Source: an uncultured Chloroflexia bacterium
Lineage (GTDB): Bacteria > Chloroflexota > Limnocylindria > Limnocylindrales > CSP1-4
Length of the DNA stretch: 64,000 nt
NCBI GenBank assembly: GCA_963813335.1
Contig: CAWEYL010000001.1
Span: forward strand, 32,001-96,000
Direction: 5' to 3'
The number at the start of each line of letters is the position of its first letter. The stretch's first letter is position 1. Made by a program: the position numbers and the translations under genes. Shown piece after piece: positions 23,437-32,704 of this stretch. Below the pieces are notes generated by a model that worked only from the letters and a program-made list of their open reading frames with translations, did not search any database and was not told where the DNA came from.

Positions 23437-24213
23437 GTGGATGATCAGCGGATCGGGTCGGCCATCCGGTCGGTCCGGCTCAAGCGGCGATGGCGCCAGG
23501 CGGACCTTGCGACGGCGGCGGACGTGTCGCGCTCGACGGTCTCGCGGATCGAGCGCGGCCATCTCGACCAGCTGTCGCTCGAGACCCTCCGCACGGTGGC
23601 GCGCGCCCTCGATGTCCGGGTCGATTTCGTCGTTCGATGGCGCGCCGGAGACCTCGACCGACTGCTGAATGCCCGGCACTCGAAGCTGCACGAGTCCGTC
23701 GCCCGGATGTTCCGAGACGACCTGCCGGCCTGGGCACTCCGGCCCGAGACCTCGTTCGCCATCTTCGCGGAGCGCGGCGTCATCGACATCCTTGCGTGGC
23801 ATGCCGGTCGCCGCGCCCTGCTCGTGATCGAGCTCAAGACGGACATCGTCGACGTCAACGAGCTGGTCGGAACGGTCGACCGGAAGCGGCGCCTCGCGGC
23901 ACAGGTCGCGGCGGAGTTCGGCTGGGAGGCGCAGACGGTGTCGGTCTGGGTGATCGTGGCCGACGGCCGGACCAATCGAGCCCGGATCGCGGTCCACAAC
24001 GCCATGCTGCGCGCGGCGTTCCCGACCGATGGACGGTCGATGCGGTCGTGGTTGCGGGACCCGGCCGAAGCGGTCGCAGCCATGTCGACATGGCACGACG
24101 ACCATGGGGAGAACGCAATGGCCGATGCGACACCGGTCAGGCGCGTCCGACGGCCCAAGCCGAAGGCGGTCGGTGTGCGATCACGCACGAAACGGAACGA
24201 CACGATGGCCTGA
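23437..24213 (+). CDS. XRE-family HTH fused to a PD-(D/E)XK restriction-endonuclease-like domain
   Basis: RQADLATAADVSRSTVSRIERG HTH; E..F..GVIDILAW..VIELKT nuclease motif; Arg/Lys-rich tail. Confidence 0.8.
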   Translation: MDDQRIGSAIRSVRLKRRWRQADLATAADVSRSTVSRIERGHLDQLSLETLRTVARALDVRVDFVVRWRAGDLDRLLNARHSKLHESVARMFRDDLPAWALRPETSFAIFAERGVIDILAWHAGRRALLVIELKTDIVDVNELVGTVDRKRRLAAQVAAEFGWEAQTVSVWVIVADGRTNRARIAVHNAMLRAAFPTDGRSMRSWLRDPAEAVAAMSTWHDDHGENAMADATPVRRVRRPKPKAVGVRSRTKRNDTMA

Positions 24214-24284
24214 GTGGCCGTCCCGGGGGTGGTTCCGGGCCAGCGATCGGCCATTACGTTCTGTGGATGAGCGTTGTGCCGGGT
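24088..24284 (+). mobile_element. Inverted-arm element B, overlapping the 3' end of the HTH-nuclease gene (125-bp spacer)
   Basis: ACATGGCACGACGACCATGGGGAGAACGCAATGGCC ... GGCCATTACGTTCTGTGGATGAGCGTTGTGCCGGGT. Confidence 0.75.
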
Positions 24285-24309
24285 CGGCGTCGGCCTGGGC
24301 CGCCGGACC

Positions 24310-25264
24310 CTATCCCGGACCTGGCGCCGCCATCACGCGAGCCAGCACGTCGCTGAACCGGGCCGTCGCCACGCCGATCGACGTGTCCGCGGCCCCGTAG
24401 TAGAGGTGCAGCTGGTCGGCCGGCTCGTCGAGGACCCAGCCGCACGGGAAGACGACCTTGCCGACGTCGCCGATGACCTCGTGCGGCGCCGTCGGGCCGA
24501 ACACCCACTCGTCCATCCGCCGCAGGAGCACGCGGGGATCGGCGAGGTCCAGCAGGGCCAGGCCGACGCGGTAGATCGGGCCGTCGCCGGTCAGGTGCAC
24601 GCCGTGGTACATCAGCAGCCAGCCCTCTTCGGTCTCGAGCGGTGGCGGGCCGAGGCCGATCTTGTTGGCATCCCACCACGCCCCGTCACGCGCCTCGAGG
24701 AGCAGCGCGTGGTCCCCCCAGTGCCGCAGGTCCGGCGACCACGAGAGCCACATGTGGGCGTTGCCGTGCAGCGGCGAGGGCCGATGGATCATCGCCCAGC
24801 GCCCGTCGAAGCGGACCGGGAACAGGGCGGCGTCCTTGTCCTCGGGCGGCATCGCCGGACCCAGGCGCCGCACGCTCCGGAAGTCGCGCGTCACCGCCAG
24901 CGAGACCAGCGGACCGCGGCGGCTGTACGCGGTGTAGGCGATCGCCCACTCCTCGCGCTCGGGGAGCCACGTCAGCCGCGGGTCCTCGCAGCCCCAGATC
25001 TCCTCGGGGTGGTTCGCGGCGTCGGAGCGGAGCAGGGGCTCGGGGTCGAACGTCCAGCCAGTCGATCCCGTCGGCGCTGCGCACGACGTGGAGCTGCGAG
25101 ATGCCGCGCATGTCTTCGACGCGGACGAGCAGGACCGTCTCGTCGCCGACCCGCGCCGCCCCCGGGTTGAAGACCGAGTTCGCTGGGTAGGGGACATCGG
25201 CGACGGTCAGGATCGGATTCGAATCGGACCGGCGGAACAGCATCGCGTCGTCGAGGTGCGTCAC
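24310..25264 (-). CDS. GH130 family glycosidase/phosphorylase (frameshift near 25060)
   Basis: NPIL..VFNPGA..LLVRVED, GCEDPRLT, DKDAALFP, IHRP, VVFPCG, YYGAAD. Confidence 0.88.
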
Positions 25265-26532
25265 CGGGTGGATGTTGGCAGACGTGGACCCATCCCGTGG
25301 CTGCGGGCCATCGATGCCGCGGATCGCTGGCGCATCGAGCCGACCACCGTCGTCGTTCGCGGCGCCGGCCAGTCGGTGTCGGGCGGCTCACCGGGTCCGG
25401 CGACGACCGGACGGGTCACGCCGGCGGCGCTCGCGGCCGCACTGGCCCGCGCCCACCGGATGTGCTCGAGCGCGACCAGCCACATCAGCGTCGATTCGGC
25501 GCCCTGGTTCTGGTTGACCCGGTCGTGTTCGAGGCCATCGAACCCGGCGCCGCGCTGCGGATCCACGACCGGGAGCCCGACATCGTTGTGGCCGAGGAAC
25601 CAGGCGTAGCAGTGTTCCATGGCGGCAACGTAGCGCTCGTCGCCCGACTCGTCGAGCGCAGCTTCGGCCGCGAGCAGGAGGGCGGTCGCCTCGATCGGCT
25701 GCTGGTCGAACCTCGACCGCTCGCCGTCGCGCGGCCACCAGCCGTTGCCGACCGGCGAGAAGTCGTCGTCGCCGCCGGTCTGGATCTCGATGAGCCAGTC
25801 GAGCGCGCGCCGGCCGGTCTCGATCATCGGCGTCGAGCCGAGCCATCGGCCGGCCACGATGAGCGCCCGTGGCGGCAGGCCGTTCTCGTAGGTGAGGATG
25901 GGTTCGGGCCACGGCCAGGCATCGTCGGTGGCGCCCGTGATGAACCTCGAATGGAGTCGGCGCGCCAGCATCCGGTAGGCGCGGTCGGTCAGGTCCGTCG
26001 GGTCCACCCGGATCGCGGCGTCGCAGCCCAGCAGGACTGATGCCTGCGCGCGGATCGCGGTGACGCGGACGGCTTCGGGCAGGGCGTCGCTGAAGAGGGA
26101 GGCAGCGAGCGCGACCATCCGGCCGTCCGGCGCTGTCGCGACGACCGTGCCGAGGGCGAGCATCGCCCGGCCCTGGCTGTCCTCGGAGGGGATGCCGTCG
26201 ACCCACGAGCCGTCGGCGCGCCGGAAGTTGCGGAACGTCCCGGCCGACGGGTCGAAGGCGTCGCGCAGGAACCGGACGTTCTGCCAGGCCCGCTCCGAGA
26301 CCTCGGCCCAGCCGAGCGTCCGGCCGTGGAGCAGGTCGACCTCGAGGGCGCGGGCGACGTCGTCGGTGCAGGAGCCGTGCGCCGGGTCCGGCGCCGAGAA
26401 CGTCGCGTGCTGCGCGATCCCGAACGGGCCGGTCAGCGCATCGAGGTGCTCGCGGCTGACCGGGTAGAGCGGCACGAGTCCGGGGACCGGCGCCGGCGCC
26501 GGCGCCGCCCGCCCGGACCCGGCCTCAGGCAT
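25261..26532 (-). CDS. Glycosyltransferase-associated (alpha/alpha) six-hairpin-like protein
   Basis: GIAQHA..CTDDVARAL, SEDSQGR, WPEPILTYENG, FDQQPIE, NQGAESTL; start overlaps the GT4 stop. Confidence 0.75.
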   Translation of the reverse strand: MPEAGSGRAAPAPAPVPGLVPLYPVSREHLDALTGPFGIAQHATFSAPDPAHGSCTDDVARALEVDLLHGRTLGWAEVSERAWQNVRFLRDAFDPSAGTFRNFRRADGSWVDGIPSEDSQGRAMLALGTVVATAPDGRMVALAASLFSDALPEAVRVTAIRAQASVLLGCDAAIRVDPTDLTDRAYRMLARRLHSRFITGATDDAWPWPEPILTYENGLPPRALIVAGRWLGSTPMIETGRRALDWLIEIQTGGDDDFSPVGNGWWPRDGERSRFDQQPIEATALLLAAEAALDESGDERYVAAMEHCYAWFLGHNDVGLPVVDPQRGAGFDGLEHDRVNQNQGAESTLMWLVALEHIRWARASAAASAAGVTRPVVAGPGEPPDTDWPAPRTTTVVGSMRQRSAASMARSHGMGPRLPTSTR

Positions 26533-27691
26533 TGATGGTCGCGAGCTGCCCGGATCGGGTGACGACCGAGGCCGGCGCGACGACCCGCTCGAAGAGGCGT
26601 CGATACTCGGCGCCGACCTCCGACCAGACCATGTTCCGGCTGTAGGCATAGGCGCGGCGGCCGAGGGCGTCGCGGAGCTCACTGTCGTCCAGCACGCGGT
26701 TCAGCGCCGCCGCGAACTTGGCCGGCGAGCCGGGCGCGACGAGGATGCCGCGGCCGTCGGCCAGCAGCTCGGCCGCATATGCGTACGGGGTCGAGACGAT
26801 CGCCCGGCCCGCGCTCATCGCGTACGACAGCGTGCCCGAGACGATCTGGTCGAGGTTCGGGTAGGGGGTGACGAAGACGTCGGCGGCTTCGAGCCAGCGC
26901 GTCAGTTCGACGTGCCCGACGAACTTGTCGATGAAGCGGACGTGGTCGGCCATCTTGAGGTCCTTGACCCGGGCCACCAGCGCCTCGCGGTACGCCTCGC
27001 CCTCGCGCGCCAGCAGGTCGGGATGAGTCGCGCCGACGATGACGTAGACGGCGTTCGGGTGGGCGGCCACGACCTCGGGCATCGCGTCGATGGCGAGCTC
27101 GTAGCCCTTGCCCTGGCCGAGCAGGCCGAAGCTCAGGATGACGTCGCGCCCGACCAGGCCGACGGCGGCCTTGATCGATTCGGACGGGACCAGCGGCAGC
27201 TCCGGGACGCCATGCGGGATGATGTCGACCCGACTCGGGTCGACCCCGTAGGCGGTCTCGAGGAGCGTCGCGGCGGACCGCGACATGACGACGGTCGCCG
27301 TCGCCGCAGAGGTCAGCTCGATGAGGATCTCGCGCTGGCGACGGGTCGGCTTGCGCAGCACCGTATGGAGCGTCGCGACCGCGGGCATGTCGAGCTCGTG
27401 GATGAAGCCGAGGACCGACTCGCCGTCATCGCCGCCCCAGATCCCGTACTCGTGCTGGATCGACACGACGTCGACGCAGCGCGAGAGCGAGCGGGCCGTC
27501 GAGATGTAGTCGGCGGGCTCGTCGCGGCGGATGCGGTGATGGACTTCCATCGGGTAGGGGACGCCGCGCTCCGGCGAGACGAGCGCGACGACCTCGCGGC
27601 CGCTCGAGGCGCGTGACAGGGCATGCGTGAAGGTCGCGATGCCGCAGTGGCGCGGCGGATACGTGGAAACGAAGGCAGTTCGAACGATGAT
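26525..27691 (-). CDS. GT4 family glycosyltransferase
   Basis: STYPPRHCGIATF, IQHEYGIWGG, IPHG, FGLLGQGKG, SGTLSYAM; frame open to an ATC codon at 27691 behind a GAGAGGA RBS. Confidence 0.88.
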   Translation of the reverse strand: MIVRTAFVSTYPPRHCGIATFTHALSRASSGREVVALVSPERGVPYPMEVHHRIRRDEPADYISTARSLSRCVDVVSIQHEYGIWGGDDGESVLGFIHELDMPAVATLHTVLRKPTRRQREILIELTSAATATVVMSRSAATLLETAYGVDPSRVDIIPHGVPELPLVPSESIKAAVGLVGRDVILSFGLLGQGKGYELAIDAMPEVVAAHPNAVYVIVGATHPDLLAREGEAYREALVARVKDLKMADHVRFIDKFVGHVELTRWLEAADVFVTPYPNLDQIVSGTLSYAMSAGRAIVSTPYAYAAELLADGRGILVAPGSPAKFAAALNRVLDDSELRDALGRRAYAYSRNMVWSEVGAEYRRLFERVVAPASVVTRSGQLATINA

Positions 27692-27808
27692 GGGAGTCCT
27701 CTCGATCGATCGGCGCGGCTCGGACCGGGGTCGGTCGGGCGCGCCGGATATGAGCCGGAGCCGGGGGTGGGTGAGCGGCTCACCCGTGAGTGGGCCGCTC
27801 AGGTCCGG

Positions 27809-28012
27809 TCAGGCGGGGCGCACCTGGGTGGCGCGGGGACCCTTGGGGCTCTGCTCGATCTCGAAGGTGACGTGCTCGCCACCGACGATCCGATCGAAGT
27901 CCATGCCGGCGTCGAGGGCGCCGCGATGGAAGAAGTACTCCTTCTCATCCTCGGCAGCGATGAAGCCGAAGCCGCGATCGGCGATGACTCGTTTGATGGT
28001 TCCGGTGGTCAT
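27809..28012 (-). CDS. Cold-shock domain protein
   Basis: GTIK..RGFGFI..YFFH..KGPRA; GGAGG RBS and about 100-nt leader. Confidence 0.92.
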   Translation of the reverse strand: MTTGTIKRVIADRGFGFIAAEDEKEYFFHRGALDAGMDFDRIVGGEHVTFEIEQSPKGPRATQVRPA

Positions 28013-28180
28013 GTGGACCTCCAACACTTCCCGAACAGGGATGGCAGATCGCACGGTCCGTTCGAAAAGGGGATCGACCACGCGGAGCATCGCCACGCAG
28101 TGCGGCGAGGTCCCCACCGTAGCACAGATGTTCGAGGCTGCCTCGTGAAACGGGCCGGGAGGGTCGCGGCGGGGGCGTCG

Positions 28181-28326
28181 TCGCGGACCCGCGGCGGGGG
28201 TCGCGGACCCGCGGTGGGCGGTCAGGCGCCGGACCCGGCGGTAGGCGCCGGACCCGCGGTGGGCGGTAGGCGCCGGACCCGCGGTGGGCGGTAGGCGCCG
28301 GACCCGGCGGCAGGCGCCGGACCCGG
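28181..28326 (+). repeat. Degenerate GC-rich tandem repeat (GGCGCCGGACCC core)
   Basis: About seven GGACCC-containing units of 19-27 bp running into the left arm of element C. Confidence 0.75.
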
Positions 28327-28515
28327 CACGACGCTCATGGACAGAACGTTATGGCCGGTCTCGCGCGGCCGTCTCGGTCCGCCGCCGATCCGGCTCGACC
28401 CGCTGAGCACGGATCGAGCGTGAGCGGCCGTCGCTGAACCGCGGATCGACTGTGTCGGTCGCTCCGACGGCTCCCGACCGGCCATTACGTTCCCTGGGCG
28501 AGCGTTGTGACAGGT
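28321..28515 (+). mobile_element. Inverted-arm element C (123-bp spacer)
   Basis: ACCCGGCACGACGCTCATGGACAGAACGTTATGGCC ... GGCCATTACGTTCCCTGGGCGAGCGTTGTGACAGGT. Confidence 0.75.
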
Positions 28516-28647
28516 CGGGCCGGGGACGGGTGTCGCGCCAGGGACGGGTGTCGCGCCGCGGGGATCGACCGACTGACGCACGCGGCGCCGCCCTCGGCAT
28601 CCCAGGCACTGCCCGCCGCGGCCGCCTCCGAACTGCCACCCGCGCGA

Positions 28648-28728
28648 ACTTTGTACGGGGTATTTACAAAGTGGCGACGGCTCGCTAGCATCCGGGCCGA
28701 CAGGCTTTGCCAACTCTCTGGACAAAGT
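28648..28728 (+). promoter_or_regulatory. Two palindromic ROK-repressor operators flanking and overlapping a sigma70 promoter
   Basis: ACTTTGTA-N9-TACAAAGT (28648-28672) and GCTTTGCC-N9-GACAAAGT (28704-28728); TTTACA-N17-TAGCAT. Confidence 0.75.
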
Positions 28729-28850
28729 GCGGGAGGGGGCGGACCGGCGACGGGACCCGGCGACGGGACCCGGCCACGGGACCCGCGGCCACGGGACCCG
28801 CGGCACGGACGAGGTCGGCGAGCCACCGTCGGAGGAGGACAGCACGGCGC

Positions 28851-30023
28851 ATGCCACGCATCGAGTACTCCCTCAAGGCGACCCACGCGCAGACCCGTGC
28901 CCACAACGCCAGCCTGGTCCTGCGCGCGCTCTACGACCTCGGCCCGATCTCCCGCGCCGAGATCGCCCGCCTCACGGGCCTCACGAGAACCAGCGTCGGC
29001 GAGCTGGTCGCGGACCTCGAGGCGGAAGGGCTCGCCCGCGAAGTCGGCCGCGGCCCCAGCACCGGCGGCAAGCAGCCGACGCTGGTCGCGCTCGAGAGTG
29101 ACGCCCGGACCGCCATCGTCCTCGACCTCGGCGAGCGCACGTTCTCGGCCGCGCTCGCGAACCTGCGCGGCGAGCTCACCCACCGGCACACCCGCGACCT
29201 CGAGGGGCGCGACGGCGATGCCGCGCTCGCGCTCGTCCACGAGCTGATCGAGGAGGTCTCCCGCGAGGCGACCAGCCCGATCCTCGGCATCGGCGTCGGG
29301 ACCCCGGGCATCGTCGACGCCGGCGGCACGATCCGCTGGGCGGTCAACCTCGAGTGGAAGGACCTGCCGCTCGCCGAGCTGCTCCGCGACCGCTACGGTC
29401 ACCCGACGATCGTCGCCAACGATGCCCGCGCGGCCGCCCTCGCGACGTTCCTGTTCGAGGGCGAGGACCGGCCGGCGAACCTGATCGCGATCAAGGTCGG
29501 GCGCGGCATCGGCAGCGGTCTGGTCCTCGACGGCGACCTCTTCGGCGGCGACGGCGACGGCGCGGGCGAGATCGGCCACATCGTCGTCGAGCCCGACGGC
29601 GCGGCGTGCCACTGCGGCCGCTTCGGCTGCCTCGAGACGGTCGCCTCGGCGCCCGCGATCCTGCGGGCGGCGGTCGCGGCCGGCCTGCCGCCGAGCACCA
29701 CCCTCCCCGAGCTGGCCGCCGCGGCCCGACGCGGCGACGAGCGCGCCCTGGGCGTCACGCGCGCCGCGGGCCGGGCGCTCGGCTCGGCCATCGCCAACCT
29801 CATCGGCATCCTCGACGTCCGCCACATCGTGGTCCACGGGTCGGTGACGGTCCTCGGCGAGCCGTGGCTCGACGCGATCCGCGACGAGGCCACGCGCCGC
29901 AGCCTCGGCCCGCTCGCGCGGGAGACCCGCATCGTCGACGGCGGGACGGGCGAGGACCTGACGCTCGTCGGCGCCTGCGCGCTGCTGCTGACCAGCGAAC
30001 TCGGCCTGACGGTCCAGCGATGA
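28851..30023 (+). CDS. ROK family transcriptional repressor (NagC/XylR-like)
   Basis: GPISRAEIARLTGLT HTH, GEIGH, CHCGRFGCLE. Confidence 0.92.
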   Translation: MPRIEYSLKATHAQTRAHNASLVLRALYDLGPISRAEIARLTGLTRTSVGELVADLEAEGLAREVGRGPSTGGKQPTLVALESDARTAIVLDLGERTFSAALANLRGELTHRHTRDLEGRDGDAALALVHELIEEVSREATSPILGIGVGTPGIVDAGGTIRWAVNLEWKDLPLAELLRDRYGHPTIVANDARAAALATFLFEGEDRPANLIAIKVGRGIGSGLVLDGDLFGGDGDGAGEIGHIVVEPDGAACHCGRFGCLETVASAPAILRAAVAAGLPPSTTLPELAAAARRGDERALGVTRAAGRALGSAIANLIGILDVRHIVVHGSVTVLGEPWLDAIRDEATRRSLGPLARETRIVDGGTGEDLTLVGACALLLTSELGLTVQR

Positions 30024-30110
30024 CAAGCCGACCGCCCGCGGCCGCCACCGCGCGCGACTCCCCGGCCGACCGCCGCTCCCCGGCCGACCGCCGCGGCTGC
30101 CGCCGCGACC

Positions 30111-31112
30111 ATGACGACCGCCAGCGTCCCGAGCGGCGGCCTCGTCGCGGGGGTCGACATCGGCGGCACCAAGATCGCCGTCCTCGTCGTGAACGCCTCG
30201 GGCGCTGTCCTCGGTCGTGCCACGCGATCCTCCTCCGTGGGCGACCAGGACGGTGCCGCCGAAGCGATCGTCGCCTGCCTCGACGACGCGCTGGCCACCT
30301 CGAACCTCGACCGCGCCGACCTGCGCGCGGTCGGCGTCGGCGTCCCCGGCCGGGTCGACCCGGCCGAGGGCACGGTCACCCTCGCGGTCAACCTCGGCTG
30401 GCGCGACTTCCCGCTGAAGGCCGCACTCGAGACCCGCCTCGGTCGCCCGGTGATCGTCGAGAACGACGCCCGTGCCGCCGCCATCGGCCTGCACGAGCGC
30501 GGTGTCCTCGGCGACTTCGACGACCTCGCCTATCTCGCGGTCGGCACCGGGATCGCCGCCGGGGTCGTGCTCGACGGCACGCTCCACCGCGGTGCGCGCG
30601 GCCTCGCCGGCGAGATCGGGCACGCCATCGCCGACCGCGACGGCCCGGTGTGCGCCTGCGGCCAGCACGGCTGCCTCGAGGCCTTCGCCTCCGGGCCGGC
30701 GATCGCCCGGCGCGCCCACGCGGCGACGGCCAAGGACGTGTTCGCCGCCGCCGCCGCGGGCGACGCGCTCGCCGCGGACCTCGTCGACGACGTCGGCCGC
30801 CGGCTGGCCTGGGCGGTCCACCTGCTGGTCATGACCTACGACGTCGAGCGCGTCGTCATCGGCGGCGGGGTCTCCCATGCCGGCGCCGCGTTCGCCGCGC
30901 CGATCCATCGCGAGCTGGCGCGACTGCGCGCCGCGTCCGCCTCGGCGGCCGAGCTGCTGCCGGCCGACGTCGTCGAGATCCTGCCACCCGAAGCCGAGGC
31001 GGGCGCCTGGGGCGCCGTGACGATCGCCGCGGCCCACATCGGGCTCGAGCCGGTCCGCGGATCGGGACCGAGCCACGGATGGAGGGAGGTGGGCCACGTC
31101 CGGGAGTCGTGA
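30111..31112 (+). CDS. ROK family sugar kinase
   Basis: GVDIGGTKI, ENDA, GEIGH, CACGQHGCLE; no HTH. Confidence 0.9.
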   Translation: MTTASVPSGGLVAGVDIGGTKIAVLVVNASGAVLGRATRSSSVGDQDGAAEAIVACLDDALATSNLDRADLRAVGVGVPGRVDPAEGTVTLAVNLGWRDFPLKAALETRLGRPVIVENDARAAAIGLHERGVLGDFDDLAYLAVGTGIAAGVVLDGTLHRGARGLAGEIGHAIADRDGPVCACGQHGCLEAFASGPAIARRAHAATAKDVFAAAAAGDALAADLVDDVGRRLAWAVHLLVMTYDVERVVIGGGVSHAGAAFAAPIHRELARLRAASASAAELLPADVVEILPPEAEAGAWGAVTIAAAHIGLEPVRGSGPSHGWREVGHVRES

Positions 31113-31176
31113 TGCACCGACATCGACCACACACCGAAGCGCAGACCCGACCAGGGAAGGAACCAGGAGGAGGAGC

Positions 31177-32577
31177 ATGAAGACTCAGCGAACCATCGTC
31201 CTCACCGCGCTCATGGCGCTGGTGGTGGGCGCCTGCGGCACGGCCGCGTCGCCGTCGCCGAGCGCGCCGGCGTCCGTGGCCCCGACGGCCGCGGCATCGC
31301 CGTCGGCATCGGCCGAGGCGTCGGCCTCGACCGCCCCCGCGAGCCCGACCCCGCTGCCGGTCGACCCCAAGGAAGCGGTCATCCAGGGCGTGGAGCAGGG
31401 CGCGACCATCGAGTTCTGGACGTTCTACCTGTCGCCCACGTTCGACCAGTACATCAAGGACACGATCGCCCGGTTCCAGGCGACGTATCCGGGCGTGACG
31501 GTCTCGTGGCACGACCACCAGGGCACGTTCAAGGACGACCTCAACAACTCGTTCGCCGCGGGCAACGCGCCGGACGTCATCAACCTCTCGGTCAGCGAGG
31601 GCTGGGTCAGCGAGTACGCGGGCAAGGGCCTGCTGCTGGGCCTGGACACCCCCGTCCCGCAGGCCGTCAAGGACATCTACTTCCCGAACCTCTGGAAGCA
31701 GCAGCTCATCGACGGCGTCAACTACCAGTTCCCGTGGTACCAGGGCCTCAACGTCGAGCTGCTCAACAAGGCCATCTTCGAGAAGGCCGGGGTCGATCCC
31801 GCCGCGTTCCCCAAGACGCTCGACGGGCTCCCGGCCCTGTGCAAGACCTTCCTCGACAAGGCCGGCGCGCAGTGCGCCATCCGCCTGACCGTCAGCGACC
31901 TGCTCGCCCAGATGGTCTACGAGGGCAACGTGAAGGTCTTCGGCCCCGACGGCAAGACCTTCGCCTTCAACTCGCCCGAGGGCGTGGCGTGGCTGCAGAT
32001 GTACGTCGACATGAACACCGCCGGGACGCTCGACCCGACCGTCCTCACCGGCGATGACCGGATCGGCCTCAACGCCTTCTCGGCCGGCGCCGCGCCGTTC
32101 TACGCGACGGGCCCGAACCTGGCCCGCCAGGTCAAGGACACCAACGCCACCCTGTACGGCAACCTCGGCATGGTCCCCTCGCCGCTCGGCAAGTCCGGCG
32201 TCGCGGGCAAGGGCCTGATGTCGATCTCAGTCAAGAAGGACACCAAGTACCCGAACGCGTCCATCGCGCTCGCGCAGTTCTTCACGAACCCGCGGAGCAT
32301 GGTCGAGTTCTCCAAGAAGGTCGCCATCTACCCGTCGTCGCCCTCGGCGTATGACGACCCGTTCTTCTCGACCCCGCCCACCGCCATCGAGGATGCGGCC
32401 CGCGGCATCGCGAAGGAGACCGTCGCGACCTACCAGGACATCGTCCCGACCGTCCCGAACAAGGCCGACGTCAACGACATCGTCCGCAAGGCGGTCGAGT
32501 CGGCGCTGTTCAACAAGGTCGCCCCGCAGGCGGCCCTCGACCAGGCCGTGGCGGACGCGAACAAGCTCACCAAGTAG
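31177..32577 (+). CDS. Sugar ABC transporter substrate-binding lipoprotein
   Basis: Lipobox VGAC, AGNAPDV, typical CUT1 substrate-binding features. Confidence 0.9.
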   Translation: MKTQRTIVLTALMALVVGACGTAASPSPSAPASVAPTAAASPSASAEASASTAPASPTPLPVDPKEAVIQGVEQGATIEFWTFYLSPTFDQYIKDTIARFQATYPGVTVSWHDHQGTFKDDLNNSFAAGNAPDVINLSVSEGWVSEYAGKGLLLGLDTPVPQAVKDIYFPNLWKQQLIDGVNYQFPWYQGLNVELLNKAIFEKAGVDPAAFPKTLDGLPALCKTFLDKAGAQCAIRLTVSDLLAQMVYEGNVKVFGPDGKTFAFNSPEGVAWLQMYVDMNTAGTLDPTVLTGDDRIGLNAFSAGAAPFYATGPNLARQVKDTNATLYGNLGMVPSPLGKSGVAGKGLMSISVKKDTKYPNASIALAQFFTNPRSMVEFSKKVAIYPSSPSAYDDPFFSTPPTAIEDAARGIAKETVATYQDIVPTVPNKADVNDIVRKAVESALFNKVAPQAALDQAVADANKLTK

Positions 32578-32621
32578 GCCTCACCGGCCCGCGACCCAGG
32601 TCCCCCGGGTCGCACCCGATC

Positions 32622-32651
32622 GCTGGCCCGTCCCATCCGGGGCGGGCCAGC
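32622..32651 (+). terminator. Intra-operon stem-loop after the substrate-binding gene
   Basis: gctggcccgtccc-atcc-ggggcgggccagc. Confidence 0.55.
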
Positions 32652-32704
32652 CTCGTCACCGCGTCGACGACGCCCCCGACGCGGCACCATGCACGGGACA
32701 GGAC

